From: Macrostomum hystrix
Lineage: Eukaryota; Animalia; Platyhelminthes
NCBI GenBank assembly: GCA_950097015.1
Contig: CATNEN010000038.1
Span: forward strand, 24,862,001 to 24,926,000
Direction: 5' to 3'
Length of the DNA: 64,000 nt
The position numbers and the translations under genes were made by a program. Shown here in pieces: positions 54,315-64,000 of this stretch. The notes under the pieces are model-generated. The model was not told the DNA's origin and made no database searches. It was given only the letters and a program-made list of their open reading frames with translations. Positions within the stretch are counted from its first letter, which is position 1. Every line of letters begins with the position of its first letter.

Positions 54315-57251
54315 ATGTCTGGCAGCGGCGGCGGCAGCCTATCCGACTATGACGTCATCTGCGATATTGGCACCGGATCCTACGGCACCTGCTCCAAGAT
54401 ACGCCGCAGACGCGACGGCGCCATCTTAGTCTGGAAGGAGCTCAGTTATGTCGCCATGACCGAGGCTGAGAAGCGCTACCTGTGCTCAGAGGTCAACCTG
54501 TTAAAGAATTTAAGCCATCCAAATATAGTCAAGTATGTCGATAGGATACACGATCGATCCAGCGGCAAAGTCTACATCATTATGGAATACTGCGAAGGCG
54601 GCGATCTGCTCAAGAAGATTAGGGCGCATCGAGAGAATAAGTGAGTATGTTTGCATCATAATTTCTATAGCCGGTTTCGAGTTAAAAAACATTGGCCCTT
54701 TAACTGGCATACGTAAAAATATTTAGCTGGTACCAGAATTTCTATAGCCGATATGTATCGAAATATATTTCTGCTAATACAAGACTGTATGTAGCTGATA
54801 TTCGTCGAACATATATCTGCTACTACCAGACTTTCTTTAACCGATATGTGTCGAAAATATTTCTGCTACTACCAGACTTTCTTCAACCGATATGTGTCGA
54901 AAAATATTTCTGCTCATACCAGATTTTTTAGCAGATATGTATCGAAAAACCTATATTGCGTCATCCAGGACCAGCATCCCGGAGCCGCAGATCTGGAAGT
55001 GGGTGACTCAGCTGTCGCTGGCGCTCCGCTGCTGCCACTGCCGTCAGGGCGTGAAGGCGGTGCTGCACCGGGACCTGAAGCCGGCCAACTGTTTCCTGGA
55101 CTCGGCTGGCAACCTGAAGCTGGGCGACTTCGGCCTGGCTCGAGTGCTGCGGGACAGCGCCAGCTTCGCCAGCACCTTTGTTGGCACGCCCTACTACATG
55201 AGCCCGGAGCAGATGCAGAAGAGTGCCTACACTGAGAAGTCGGACATCTGGTCTCTGGGCATTGTGGCCTACGAGCTGACCTGCCTGCGGCCTCCGTTTG
55301 TGGCCGACAGACAGCGGGACCTGGCCAGCAGGATTCGGCGAGGCGAGTTCGAACCACCGCCCGACAGGTTTGAGTTCTGACTTATTAAAAATTAAGGCCG
55401 CTAGTTTTTCTCGTTGTAGTCTAATGATGGGTAATAGTAAAAATCCTCATATTGAGTAGTTATCCCCACCGGATCCTCAAATCCCCATCATGAACAGTGA
55501 TTCCCCCAGATCATCAAATCCTTATTGTGATTAATAATTCCCCAAGGTCCTCAAATCCCATGATGAGCAGTCATTTTCCCTTATCCTCAAATCCCATGAT
55601 GAGCAGTCATTTTCCCTTATCCTCAAATCCCATGATGAGCAGTCATTTTCCCTTATCCTCAAATCCCATGATGAGCAGTCATTTTCCCTTATCCTCAAAT
55701 CCCACAAGTAGTCATCAGCTCAGCTCATAGATCCTCAAATCTCTATTATGAGTAGTCATGAGCTCCAAGATCCTTAAATCCCCGTTATGAGTAGTCATGC
55801 GCTCCAAGATCCTCAAATCCCCATTATGAGTAGTCATGAGCTCCAAGATTCCAAATCCCCATTATGAACATAAATCCTTCCGGATGCTTAGATAGAACTC
55901 ATTTTTAGCAGTACTAAAATCCCAGGCCTTATAAACATCGCAGCTACAGTCTGGCACTGCGGTCCCTGATTTCCGACTGTCTAAACGTGCGACCCGAGCA
56001 GAGGCCCAGCGTTGAAGATCTACTAAATCGACCAGAGATGCTGCACTATCAAGCATTGAAAGATACTGACTCATCGCCTGAGGTCAGTCTGCAGAGCTGG
56101 GAAGATTCTTTAGCTAGACGCGAATCGGCTGCCAGGTTGGCAATGGCCGAGCTGGACAAAGCGCGCGCCCAATTAAAATCAGTCGAAACGCGTCAGAGAG
56201 CGCGCGATCGGGAACTAGCCGAGAAGGAGGCCCGTCTTATTGCTCGAGAGCGCTTACTGGCCGACTCTGAGAGAGCTCTGGCTAGCGGGCAGGCCCGGCT
56301 GAGATTTGAGCAGCTCCGAGTTGGCGAGGCTGTAGCCAGGAATACCGCCAATACGCAGCGATGGGTAGGAGTTCGATTTTTAGTTACCTGAGATAAGCCC
56401 AAAGGTGCCAAGGTACCCGAGCTGCGATTCCGCGGCTGGAAAGGCTTTGGGGGCTTGTCGTGCAATTTACGCCATTGAAGGCACAATGCGAGTGTACACT
56501 GCGCGACGATGAGAAAGTCACGGCAGATGTACACACGTGTGAGCGTATGTCTGCGCTAATATCTCTAACAATATATCTACTGTTGTGCCTCGCCATCTGC
56601 CGAACTAATATCCACCTTCTCTCTACCTAACTGCCTACCTGCCTACCCACCTATCTACCCTTCTATCAGCCTGCTTACCTACCTACTCGTCTGTCTACCT
56701 TCTTACTTGCCTAACAGTCTAATTGCCGTCCTACCTCTGCCCTTCAGATGTCAAACTGTGTATTTATCTTCAATCAAATATGCCTACCTATATGCACCGT
56801 ACCTACTCATCTATGTGCTGACTACATTTTTCTTATTTTTATCTGTCTATCAATCTGTCAACATTTAGATTGAGATTAAACAAATAAATTGTTTCTAAAT
56901 CTCTATTTCTAGATGCAAAATGTGTCAACCAATACGGATGAAGTTTTCGAATCCAAGCATAAATGCATGTGTCAGCAACAGCGGCAGCAGCAAGACCATG
57001 AACAATGTTTACCGGCATCAAATTCTCAACCATCAATCGGCATTGACCAAACAGCCACAGCTTCATATGAAAACATTGACCTGAATAACAGCCGCTTATC
57101 ACCAATTAATAAACTACGCTCTGGCGTTAACGAAAAACCGATTCAATTTGTTGCCATAGCAACGCCCTCGTTGCTAGGCACCGCAGTGGCGCGTCCAATA
57201 CCGGCGCCTAGGCGTTCCGTGCTGCGAAATCGGGAAAATCGTAATAACTGA
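54315..57251 (+). CDS. NEK2: NEK2-like Ser/Thr kinase, copy B (~494 aa), canonical
   Basis: Exons 54315-54640, 54969-55367, 55944-56364 and 56913-57251 (1485 nt). DYDVICDIGTGSYGTCSKIRR..DG.ILVWKEL.Y..MTEAEK..L.SEVNLL..L.HPNIV.Y.DRI is a typical NEK2 N-lobe, followed by a coiled coil after the kinase domain. Confidence 0.92.
55545..55866. repeat. Intronic 36-bp minisatellite (same unit as 50625) plus ~36-bp derivative units
   Basis: Read directly. Confidence 0.92.
56395..56550 (+). mobile_element. SINE family B, partial
   Basis: CGATTCCGCGG..GGGGCTTGTCGTGCAATTTAC..GACGATGAGAAAGTC..GCAGATGTACACAC. Confidence 0.7.
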
Positions 57252-57879
57252 TCAATATTTAGGTCGCGTTTTGCTCCATACTACTTCTGCAAATAATTAG
57301 TAAGTAGTGTATAAGTTTATAACGATTTTTATGTTTTTACGGCCTAAATCTAGTTTTTTATGGTGCTGCAAGCGTATTCAAACTATGCATTTCGTTTTGC
57401 AATATATATATGTATATTATAAACTTCTATAATCTGTACGTTTTTGTGTCAAAAACACGTTTGCTAAGGCTGTAAATACTTATTTTTATCCTGTACAATT
57501 AAAGTATTTTTGTATTTACCGCAAGTTCAAATTATCTTTGTACTGTTAATAAATTTACTCTGAAAGCGAATAACCCTAATGCATTTTCGCTTCTAATTTT
57601 TATTTCGCATTTCAGAGTTTCAATACAAATAGTTTTGCTTTCTTATTTTATTTCATACTAAAATAGAGCTTTTTAGTTAAATGAGTGGAAATGTTAGAAT
57701 TATAAGTATCAATTAGATTTCGATTAATAATTATTTAACTTCGGTGATATAAAGTTTCGGTAGTTTATTAGGCATCTGTAATAGTTTCAATAGACAAATA
57801 TACTTCCATTTTTAGAATCAACAATACATATAACAGATAAAAATTAAATTAGGTAATATTTAACATTAGTTATATTAAG

Positions 57880-58585
57880 CATAGGTAATATGTAGTTTCG
57901 GTAATATCTAGCATCGTTAATATTTAGCATCTGTAGTATTTAGCATTGGTTATATTTAGCGTCCGTAATATTTAGCATCGGTAATATTTATCATCGGTAA
58001 TATTAAGCATTGGTAATATTTAGCATCGGTAATAGTTAGCATTGGTAATATTTAGCAACGGTAATATGTATTTTCGGTAATATGTAGTTTCGATAATATT
58101 TAGCAACGGTAATGCTTAGCATCGGTAATCTTTAGCATCAGTAATATTTAGCATTTGTAAAATATAGCATCGGTAATATTTAGGATCGGTAATATTTAGC
58201 ATCGGTAATATTTAGCATCGGTAATATTTAGCATCGGTAATATTTAGCATCGGTAATATTTAGCATCGGTAATATCTAGCATCGGTAATATTTAGCATCG
58301 GTAATATTTAGCATCGGTAATATTTAGCATCGGTAATATTTAGCATCGGTAATATTTAGCATCGGTAATATTTAGCATCGGTAATATCTAGCATCGGTAA
58401 TATTTAGCGTCGGTAATATTTAGCATTTGTAAAATATAGCGTCGGTAATATTTTGAATTGGTAATATTTCGCATCGGTAATATTTAGTTTCGTTAATATT
58501 TAGTTCGGTAATATTTAGTTTCGGTAACATTTAGTTTCGGTAATATTTAATTTAGTTTAGTTTAGCATTGGTAATATTTAGCCTG
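57880..58585. repeat. Minisatellite, 16-bp unit ATCGGTAATATTTAGC
   Basis: Homogeneous core at 58190-58410 with decayed edges. Confidence 0.96.
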
Positions 58586-58673
58586 GGTCATAATTAGCAT
58601 TTTTCGGTATATTTTGATAAAATTATTTTGTAATGAAATTTTTATAATGTTCTACTCTTCAGCCTCTCACCGC

Positions 58674-59465
58674 ATGCAGCAATCCTGTTTTGAGTTCCCA
58701 TTGTGGGCCTGGAATTCAGAGCCGGCCCCGACTCCCCTATTCGAATCACTTTGCGGAGCCAATCGCGATGCTCTGCAGCTACCCTCTCGACCAATCACGC
58801 TGCGTTGTCGCGACGGTATCGAAGTGTACACCAATGCCTACCTATTGTGCCTGCATTCGCCAGTGTTTCGCGTCATGCTTGGCGGTGGCAGTGGCTGCAG
58901 CAGTTCAACAACAGGCTTCGACGGCTTTCGCGAGTCCGACTCCAGTCTGATAGATTTGCCTGACAAGCGAGCTGCTGACGTCAGCTTTATGATCAGTTTA
59001 TTATCATCGGCCGGATTAGATTTTCAACAGGCCAGCTTCACCAGGGACAATGCGGTGCCAAGTATGGCCATATTTCGCGAATATCAAATGTCAGCTCCGC
59101 TTGCTAGGGCGGTGCAGTTTTTGAAGCGAGATTTCTTAGAAATCCGGCCCCTACGCGAGCCGGATCGATTTATGGAGGTAGCTTTGCGCTACCTGATGCA
59201 GATGCGACAGTTTCGACTAGAAGAGATTGAGCCACTGATTCTGGCTGAAATCAAAGGCTACTATGTTAATGCCAGATTGTGTAAGATGCTTGGCGCCACT
59301 GGGAAGTCTGTTGCTGGCCGTAATCCGTTCGGCTATTCGGCCGAGATTATCAGCCAAACGAATAGCTTAACGTGCCCGTTGGAAAATCCTAGGCGGTTGA
59401 GTCTGTTCGACCAGTTGGACTCGGTTACGCAACAAAAGATTCTGTCCGTTTGGTCGGTAAAATAA
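58674..59465 (+). CDS. BTB/POZ-domain protein (single ORF, possibly exon 1 of a larger gene)
   Basis: ITLRCRDGIEVYTNAYLLCLHSPVFRVML...FRESDSSLIDLPDK is a BTB signature. The ATG lies 11 nt after a TCTTCAG acceptor. Confidence 0.8.
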   Translation: MQQSCFEFPLWAWNSEPAPTPLFESLCGANRDALQLPSRPITLRCRDGIEVYTNAYLLCLHSPVFRVMLGGGSGCSSSTTGFDGFRESDSSLIDLPDKRAADVSFMISLLSSAGLDFQQASFTRDNAVPSMAIFREYQMSAPLARAVQFLKRDFLEIRPLREPDRFMEVALRYLMQMRQFRLEEIEPLILAEIKGYYVNARLCKMLGATGKSVAGRNPFGYSAEIISQTNSLTCPLENPRRLSLFDQLDSVTQQKILSVWSVK

Positions 59466-60165
59466 GCTGAATAATGAACACTGACTTTTTTGCAGCCGAT
59501 ATGTATCGAAAAACTTTAATGGAGCTATACATTTTCTTGCACAAAAATTTTTGTGTCTACAATCAGTATATGTCTTCCTCTTACTCCTGTATCCGTTTTT
59601 TGTCACTACTGACAGATAACTGACTAATTAGTACTTATAATATCTGAATTTTTATGCAGCCGATATGTATCGAAAAACTATTTGTGCTATTATTTTTTAT
59701 GCACAAAATTTAACTTTTTTTATTTTCTACACCCGTATCTGTCTTCCTCTCAATTTTGAACGTGTCATTCCTTGTCAATCAACTAGATTTTTATCGTTCC
59801 TTGTATAGTTTTTTTCAATGTTAAATGACATCTAAGGGAATTGACATTCCTTTAACAGTTTATGTATAGTTTGTTCGTTAATATTTAATCTTTCCTAGTT
59901 TTAAAAAAGTTTTCAACTGTACGGACGCAAGCTAATTAAACTTGTGTTAAATTCAAGAATTCAAAATTCAAGAATTTGTTTTGAAAAAATAATTATAAAT
60001 ATAATTTTGTTAAATGAACGCTCGTAACTAAGTTAATTTATTTATTTATTTATTTATTTTTTGAGACTCGAACTCCCGATCTAGTCCTTTCAAAACTAAA
60101 GTGGAAACGCGAGTATAATTTGTGATCCGTTTTTTTAAGAAATCAATATTTAAATTATCCTGCAG

Positions 60166-63077
60166 CCAATTCCTCCTAAGCTTGGTTTCGGTGGCAGCGG
60201 CGGCATCAGCAGCAGCAGCAGCAGCGACGTTGGATACGACAAAACAGTTGATTTAGGAGTAGCCAAGATGCAGCAGCAGCAGCAGCAGCAGCATCGGCAA
60301 ACTTGCAAACCGTTATCCTGTGTACTAAATCACCCTGTACATATCTACGCCCGAGGCGAGAATCCTGTCAGTCCGAATGGCCAACGCGCCGCCGAAGTTG
60401 TCGATTTATCAATGCGCGCATTACGCAGCCTGCCTAGGAACTGCTCGCGCAATGCCACAGTCAGACAGCTGCTGTGCCAGTCGGCTATCAAGGGTAGCAG
60501 GCGCCGGCACGAGCTGCTGCAGTCGCTGCTGCGACCTGCGAATGGCGGCGCCGATTTGGGGTACGAGGTTTGGCACTCTGTGTCTGATTGTCACTCTGTC
60601 ACATTGTCACTCTATCACATTGTCACTCTGTCACATTGTCACTGTCACATTGTCACTCTGTCACATTGTCACTCTGTCACATTGTCACTCTATCACATTG
60701 TCACTCTGTCACATTGTCACTCTGTCACATTGTCACTCTGTCACATTGTCACTCTGCCACATTGTCACTCTGTCACATTGTCACTCTATCACATTGTCAC
60801 TCTATCACATTGTCACTCTGTCACTCCGTCACATTGAGTATTAACGAACGCTAATTTTCACCGGCCAACTGTCAATCAAAACTTGATATTTTAGTTGCCG
60901 CCGGCGCAAGAGCATGCCACAGACTACCACAGCAGCCGCCGCGGAGGCCCGCGCATCAGAAAGTGCCAGGCCCACCTCGAAACCCAATCAACGGAGCGTC
61001 TCTTTGAAACTAACCGGCGGCGGCGGTCGGGATCGAGTCCTAGCAGCTCTGTCTGCCAACGCAGACGTCGCCGCTGAAACGGGCCCCAGTCGTAAGCCGC
61101 TTTTCTACTGCGACGATGACAGGGACGCTTCGGCTTTGATATCTGCAATACCCGAGCCACACGAAGAAGCTGCGGCTGAAGCATCGGCAGGCTGGGGTGG
61201 GTCAGAGATTTATTCGTTGATTCGATTTCGTTACTTTTGCGTTATTTTTAATGAAACCCGTTACTGTCGTTATTTATGTATAATAATACCTTTATTATGG
61301 GATTTTTAGAGGACGTTGTAGCCTAGCGGTTATTACATCGGACTCACGACTTGTAGGTCGGGGGTTCGCTTCCCGAATCCATTAGAACAATTTTTCTCTG
61401 TAAGTAAGATACTTAACTCTGCATTGTTATAGTTCACTCAGCTGTTTAGTGGGTACCAGCATCAGCTGGGATAATTGAGGGTGGGTGTGGCGTCCCCCCA
61501 GTCCATGGACTCAACAGCTGTATGCGGCCTTCAGATGCGCCGCGCAATAGCTGCGGCTGTGCTGTCGGCTGCAAAATTCGGGGTAGGTATATTTAGTTAT
61601 AATTATTTACTACCATGAGCTCGATTCCGCGGCAAGGCCACATTCATTTGGGGCACAAAAGAGAATGCTTAGGGGGCTTGTCGTGAAATTTGCGCTTTTC
61701 AGGGCCAACCTGCAAGGCACACTGCCTGACGATGATAAAGTCAGGGCAGATGTACACACCTGTGTGAGCGTGTGCCTTTGGGGGGCGAGTGGGTCAGCGG
61801 CTAACGTCGCTGCCTCGCACTCCAAAGGACGCTAGTTCGATTCACCCTTCAAGTCACGATTAATTTCGGGGCTTGTTTGGGGGTTTGGACAGTAGCGACC
61901 GGCGGAGGTGCACCATATTTCGTGCAATCAAAGCTTGAAATAATAGCTTCGCTCCTACCTTTCTGTGTGCCTGTTCTGCGTTGTGTGAGTTGTGTGCGTT
62001 GGCGCTGGGGCGTGAGACCTTGCGGGGGTGGCTGGGGGGCGGGTGTACACTGCCGCGCGCTTTCTGGACTTCCGTCAGCGCGATTGGATAAGTGTACACT
62101 CATCACCCGCCCCCCCCTGAGGACTGATTTCTTATCAGCCTTCCGCCCCGGCTTGGTCTGCTATGTGCGTGTGGGGCTGGGGTGGGGGGCACTGCTGCCT
62201 ATTCTGGGTGCCTCCTGCCCTCCCCGGCTGGTCTGTGCTGCTGTGTGTGGTGCCTGCTCAGGGGAGGCGGCGCGATGGGCGCAAAAGCGCCTAGTTCGCC
62301 GGTCTGGGGGCGTGCCGCTCCGTCGCTTGTGCGACAAGTGCCCCGGGCCCCCCTGCAAATAGATAGATAGAGCGTGTGCCTGCGTACAGAATCTGTGTGC
62401 GTGTGTGCTCAGGAGTCAGCGAAATGGGCAGAATTGCCTCCTCGCTGGCAAACGATGTGCCATCTCCCACAGTCCTCCTGCAATTATAATAAATGTGGTC
62501 ATATATGTGAATCCAATTGTGAAAATCGGTACTTTCATCAATATTTTATTCATCAATTCGACAGTGACTGATGTTTTTAGTAATGCATGTTTAGCTTGAA
62601 CTAATATTTTTAAAACCTATTTCAAAATTGTCTAATTGTAGATGAATCAGAGGACGTCTATCGGACTGCAAACCAGTTAAACGAGGACGATAATCTAACA
62701 AGATTCAGTGATATGTCGCGTAATTTTGTACTATTACACAGTAGATTAGCTACAGCTGAGAATTCTACAACTGCTGATGTTAAACAGCACCAATCTACTG
62801 GTACCGGCGCCACTGCCGCAGCCATTGAAAGCAGTAACGCATCTCTAGAATCAACCGGTACTACTACTAGTAGCGTTGGTTATCCACGCGAAGACAATAA
62901 TGTATTAATGCGCAAAGCGGTGCGTTTCATTGACTCGTTTGGACTAGATTTGACTTATACGAAACTATTGGTTGACTTTGACAAGCCGCCTACCGTGCCT
63001 CCTGAGGCACTGTTGTATTTGGATTTGAGTGGTACTCAGGACGACCTAGCTGCTTCAGCTATCGGCTGTTTAACCAA
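60166..63077 (+). CDS. Partial multi-exon coding unit of unknown function, with a possible LRR-like C-terminal part; probably continues past the window
   Basis: Phase-consistent exons 60166-60560 (donor GTACGA), 60895-61196 (GTGGGT) and 62642-63077 (GTGAGC). Contains poly-Q and LLYLDLSGT. Donor choices are uncertain. Confidence 0.55.
60588..60835. repeat. Intronic minisatellite, 16-bp unit TGTCACTCTGTCACAT
   Basis: Read directly. Confidence 0.96.
61311..61590 (+). mobile_element. tRNA-derived SINE family A (CORE-like)
   Basis: Homology to the 23735 and 24752 copies. Confidence 0.85.
61614..62490 (+). mobile_element. SINE family B copy split by a nested insertion
   Basis: 5' part at 61614-61777 and 3' part at 62370-62490. 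Confidence 0.8.
61778..62369 (+). mobile_element. Third tRNA-derived SINE (family C, ~590 bp, GC-rich, TAGA tail) nested in family B
   Basis: A-box-like TGGGTCAGCGG, B-box GTTCGATTC, (TAGA)n tail and a 12-bp TSD GAGCGTGTGCCT at 61766-61777 and 62370-62381. Confidence 0.8.
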
Positions 63078-63169
63078 GTGAGCTCACTAGAATATATTCA
63101 GGCAGATTATCGCATCCACATTTGTGGTTTGGGCCATTTCCTACCTATATTTAGGTGGTCCAAGATATA

Positions 63170-64000
63170 ACACTTCCCTCAGGTCATACAAAGCTACTTC
63201 CCTCAGGTCATACAAAGCCACTTCCCTCAGGTCATACAAAGCTACTTCCCTCAGGTCATAGAAAGCCACTTCCCTCAGGTCATACAAAGCTACTTCCCTC
63301 AGGTCATACAAAGCTACTTCCCTCAGGTCATACAAAGCTACTTCCCTCAGGTCATACAAAGCTACTTCCCTCAGGTCATACAAAGCTACTTCCCTCAGGT
63401 CATACAAAGCTACTTCCCTCAGGTCATACAACGCTACTTTCCTCAGGTCATACAAAGCCACTTCCCTCAGGTCATGCAAAGCTACTTCCCTCAGGTCATA
63501 CAAAGCTACTTCCCTCAGGTCATACAAAGCCACTTCCCTCAGGTCATACAAAGCTACTTCCCTCAGGTCATACAAAGCTACTTCCCTCAGGTCATACAAA
63601 GCTACTTCCCTCAGGTCATACAAAGCTACTTCCCTCAGGTCATACAAAGCTACTTCCCTCAGGTCATACAAAGCTACTTACCTCAGGTCATACAAAGCTA
63701 CTTCCCTCAGGTCATACAAAGCCACTTCCCTCAGGTCATACAAAGCTACTTCCCTCCGGTCATACAAAGCTACTTCCCTCAGGTCATACAAAGCTACTTC
63801 CCTCAGGTCATACAAAGCTACTTCCCTCAGGTCATACAAAGCCACTTCCCTCAGGTCATACAAAGCCACTTCCCTCAGGTCATACAAAGCCACTTCCCTC
63901 AGGTCATACAAAGCTACTTCCCTCAGGTCATACAAAGCTACTTCCCTCAGGTCATACAAAGCCACTTCCCTCAGGTCATACAAAGCTACTTTCCTCAGGT
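63170..64000. repeat. Minisatellite, 24-bp unit ACTTCCCTCAGGTCATACAAAGCT (runs off the window)
   Basis: Read directly. Source of the YDLREVAL ORFs. Confidence 0.98.

Noticed and set aside
62415-62480. GCCTCCTCGCTGGC in SINE B is identical to the HDV ribozyme P3/L3 segment
   Set aside because: No 7-bp P1 followed by GG (P1.1) and no J4/2-P2 can be built. The segment is explained by simple hairpins (CAGCGA…TCGCTG; GGCTGCGGG…CCCGCAGCC).

Overview
Eukaryotic (metazoan) genomic DNA with GT-AG introns and the standard code. The very high minisatellite density and a splice acceptor just upstream of each start codon resemble a flatworm such as Macrostomum, but the taxon is an inference. Gene models built by hand: SYT15-like tandem-C2 protein (+), intronless GPR19-like GPCR (+), 10-exon CCDC154-like coiled-coil protein (-), 9-exon diacylglycerol lipase alpha (+), two tandem NEK2-like kinases (+), a BTB/POZ ORF, and a downstream multi-exon unit that may be the same gene and probably runs off the window. 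Mobile DNA: an intact D,D34D mariner, a decayed Penelope-like element inside a (GTTA)n array, a possible DIRS-like remnant, a hAT MITE carrying a minisatellite, other palindromic elements and three tRNA-derived SINE families. About 25 unrelated tandem arrays fill introns and gene flanks, and most long ORFs in the ORF track are artefacts of them. Best leads: (1) the Penelope-like ORF, whose GIY-YIG endonuclease seems to sit inside the RT thumb region and has a TGA at a conserved Cys; (2) the NEK pair, which shares a ~99% identical catalytic exon while the flanking exons are divergent and one copy lacks the Gly-rich loop; (3) a dispersed palindromic motif, AGCCGATATGTATCGAAAA; (4) a putative trans-spliced operon; (5) a sharply CpG-depleted 3 kb domain.
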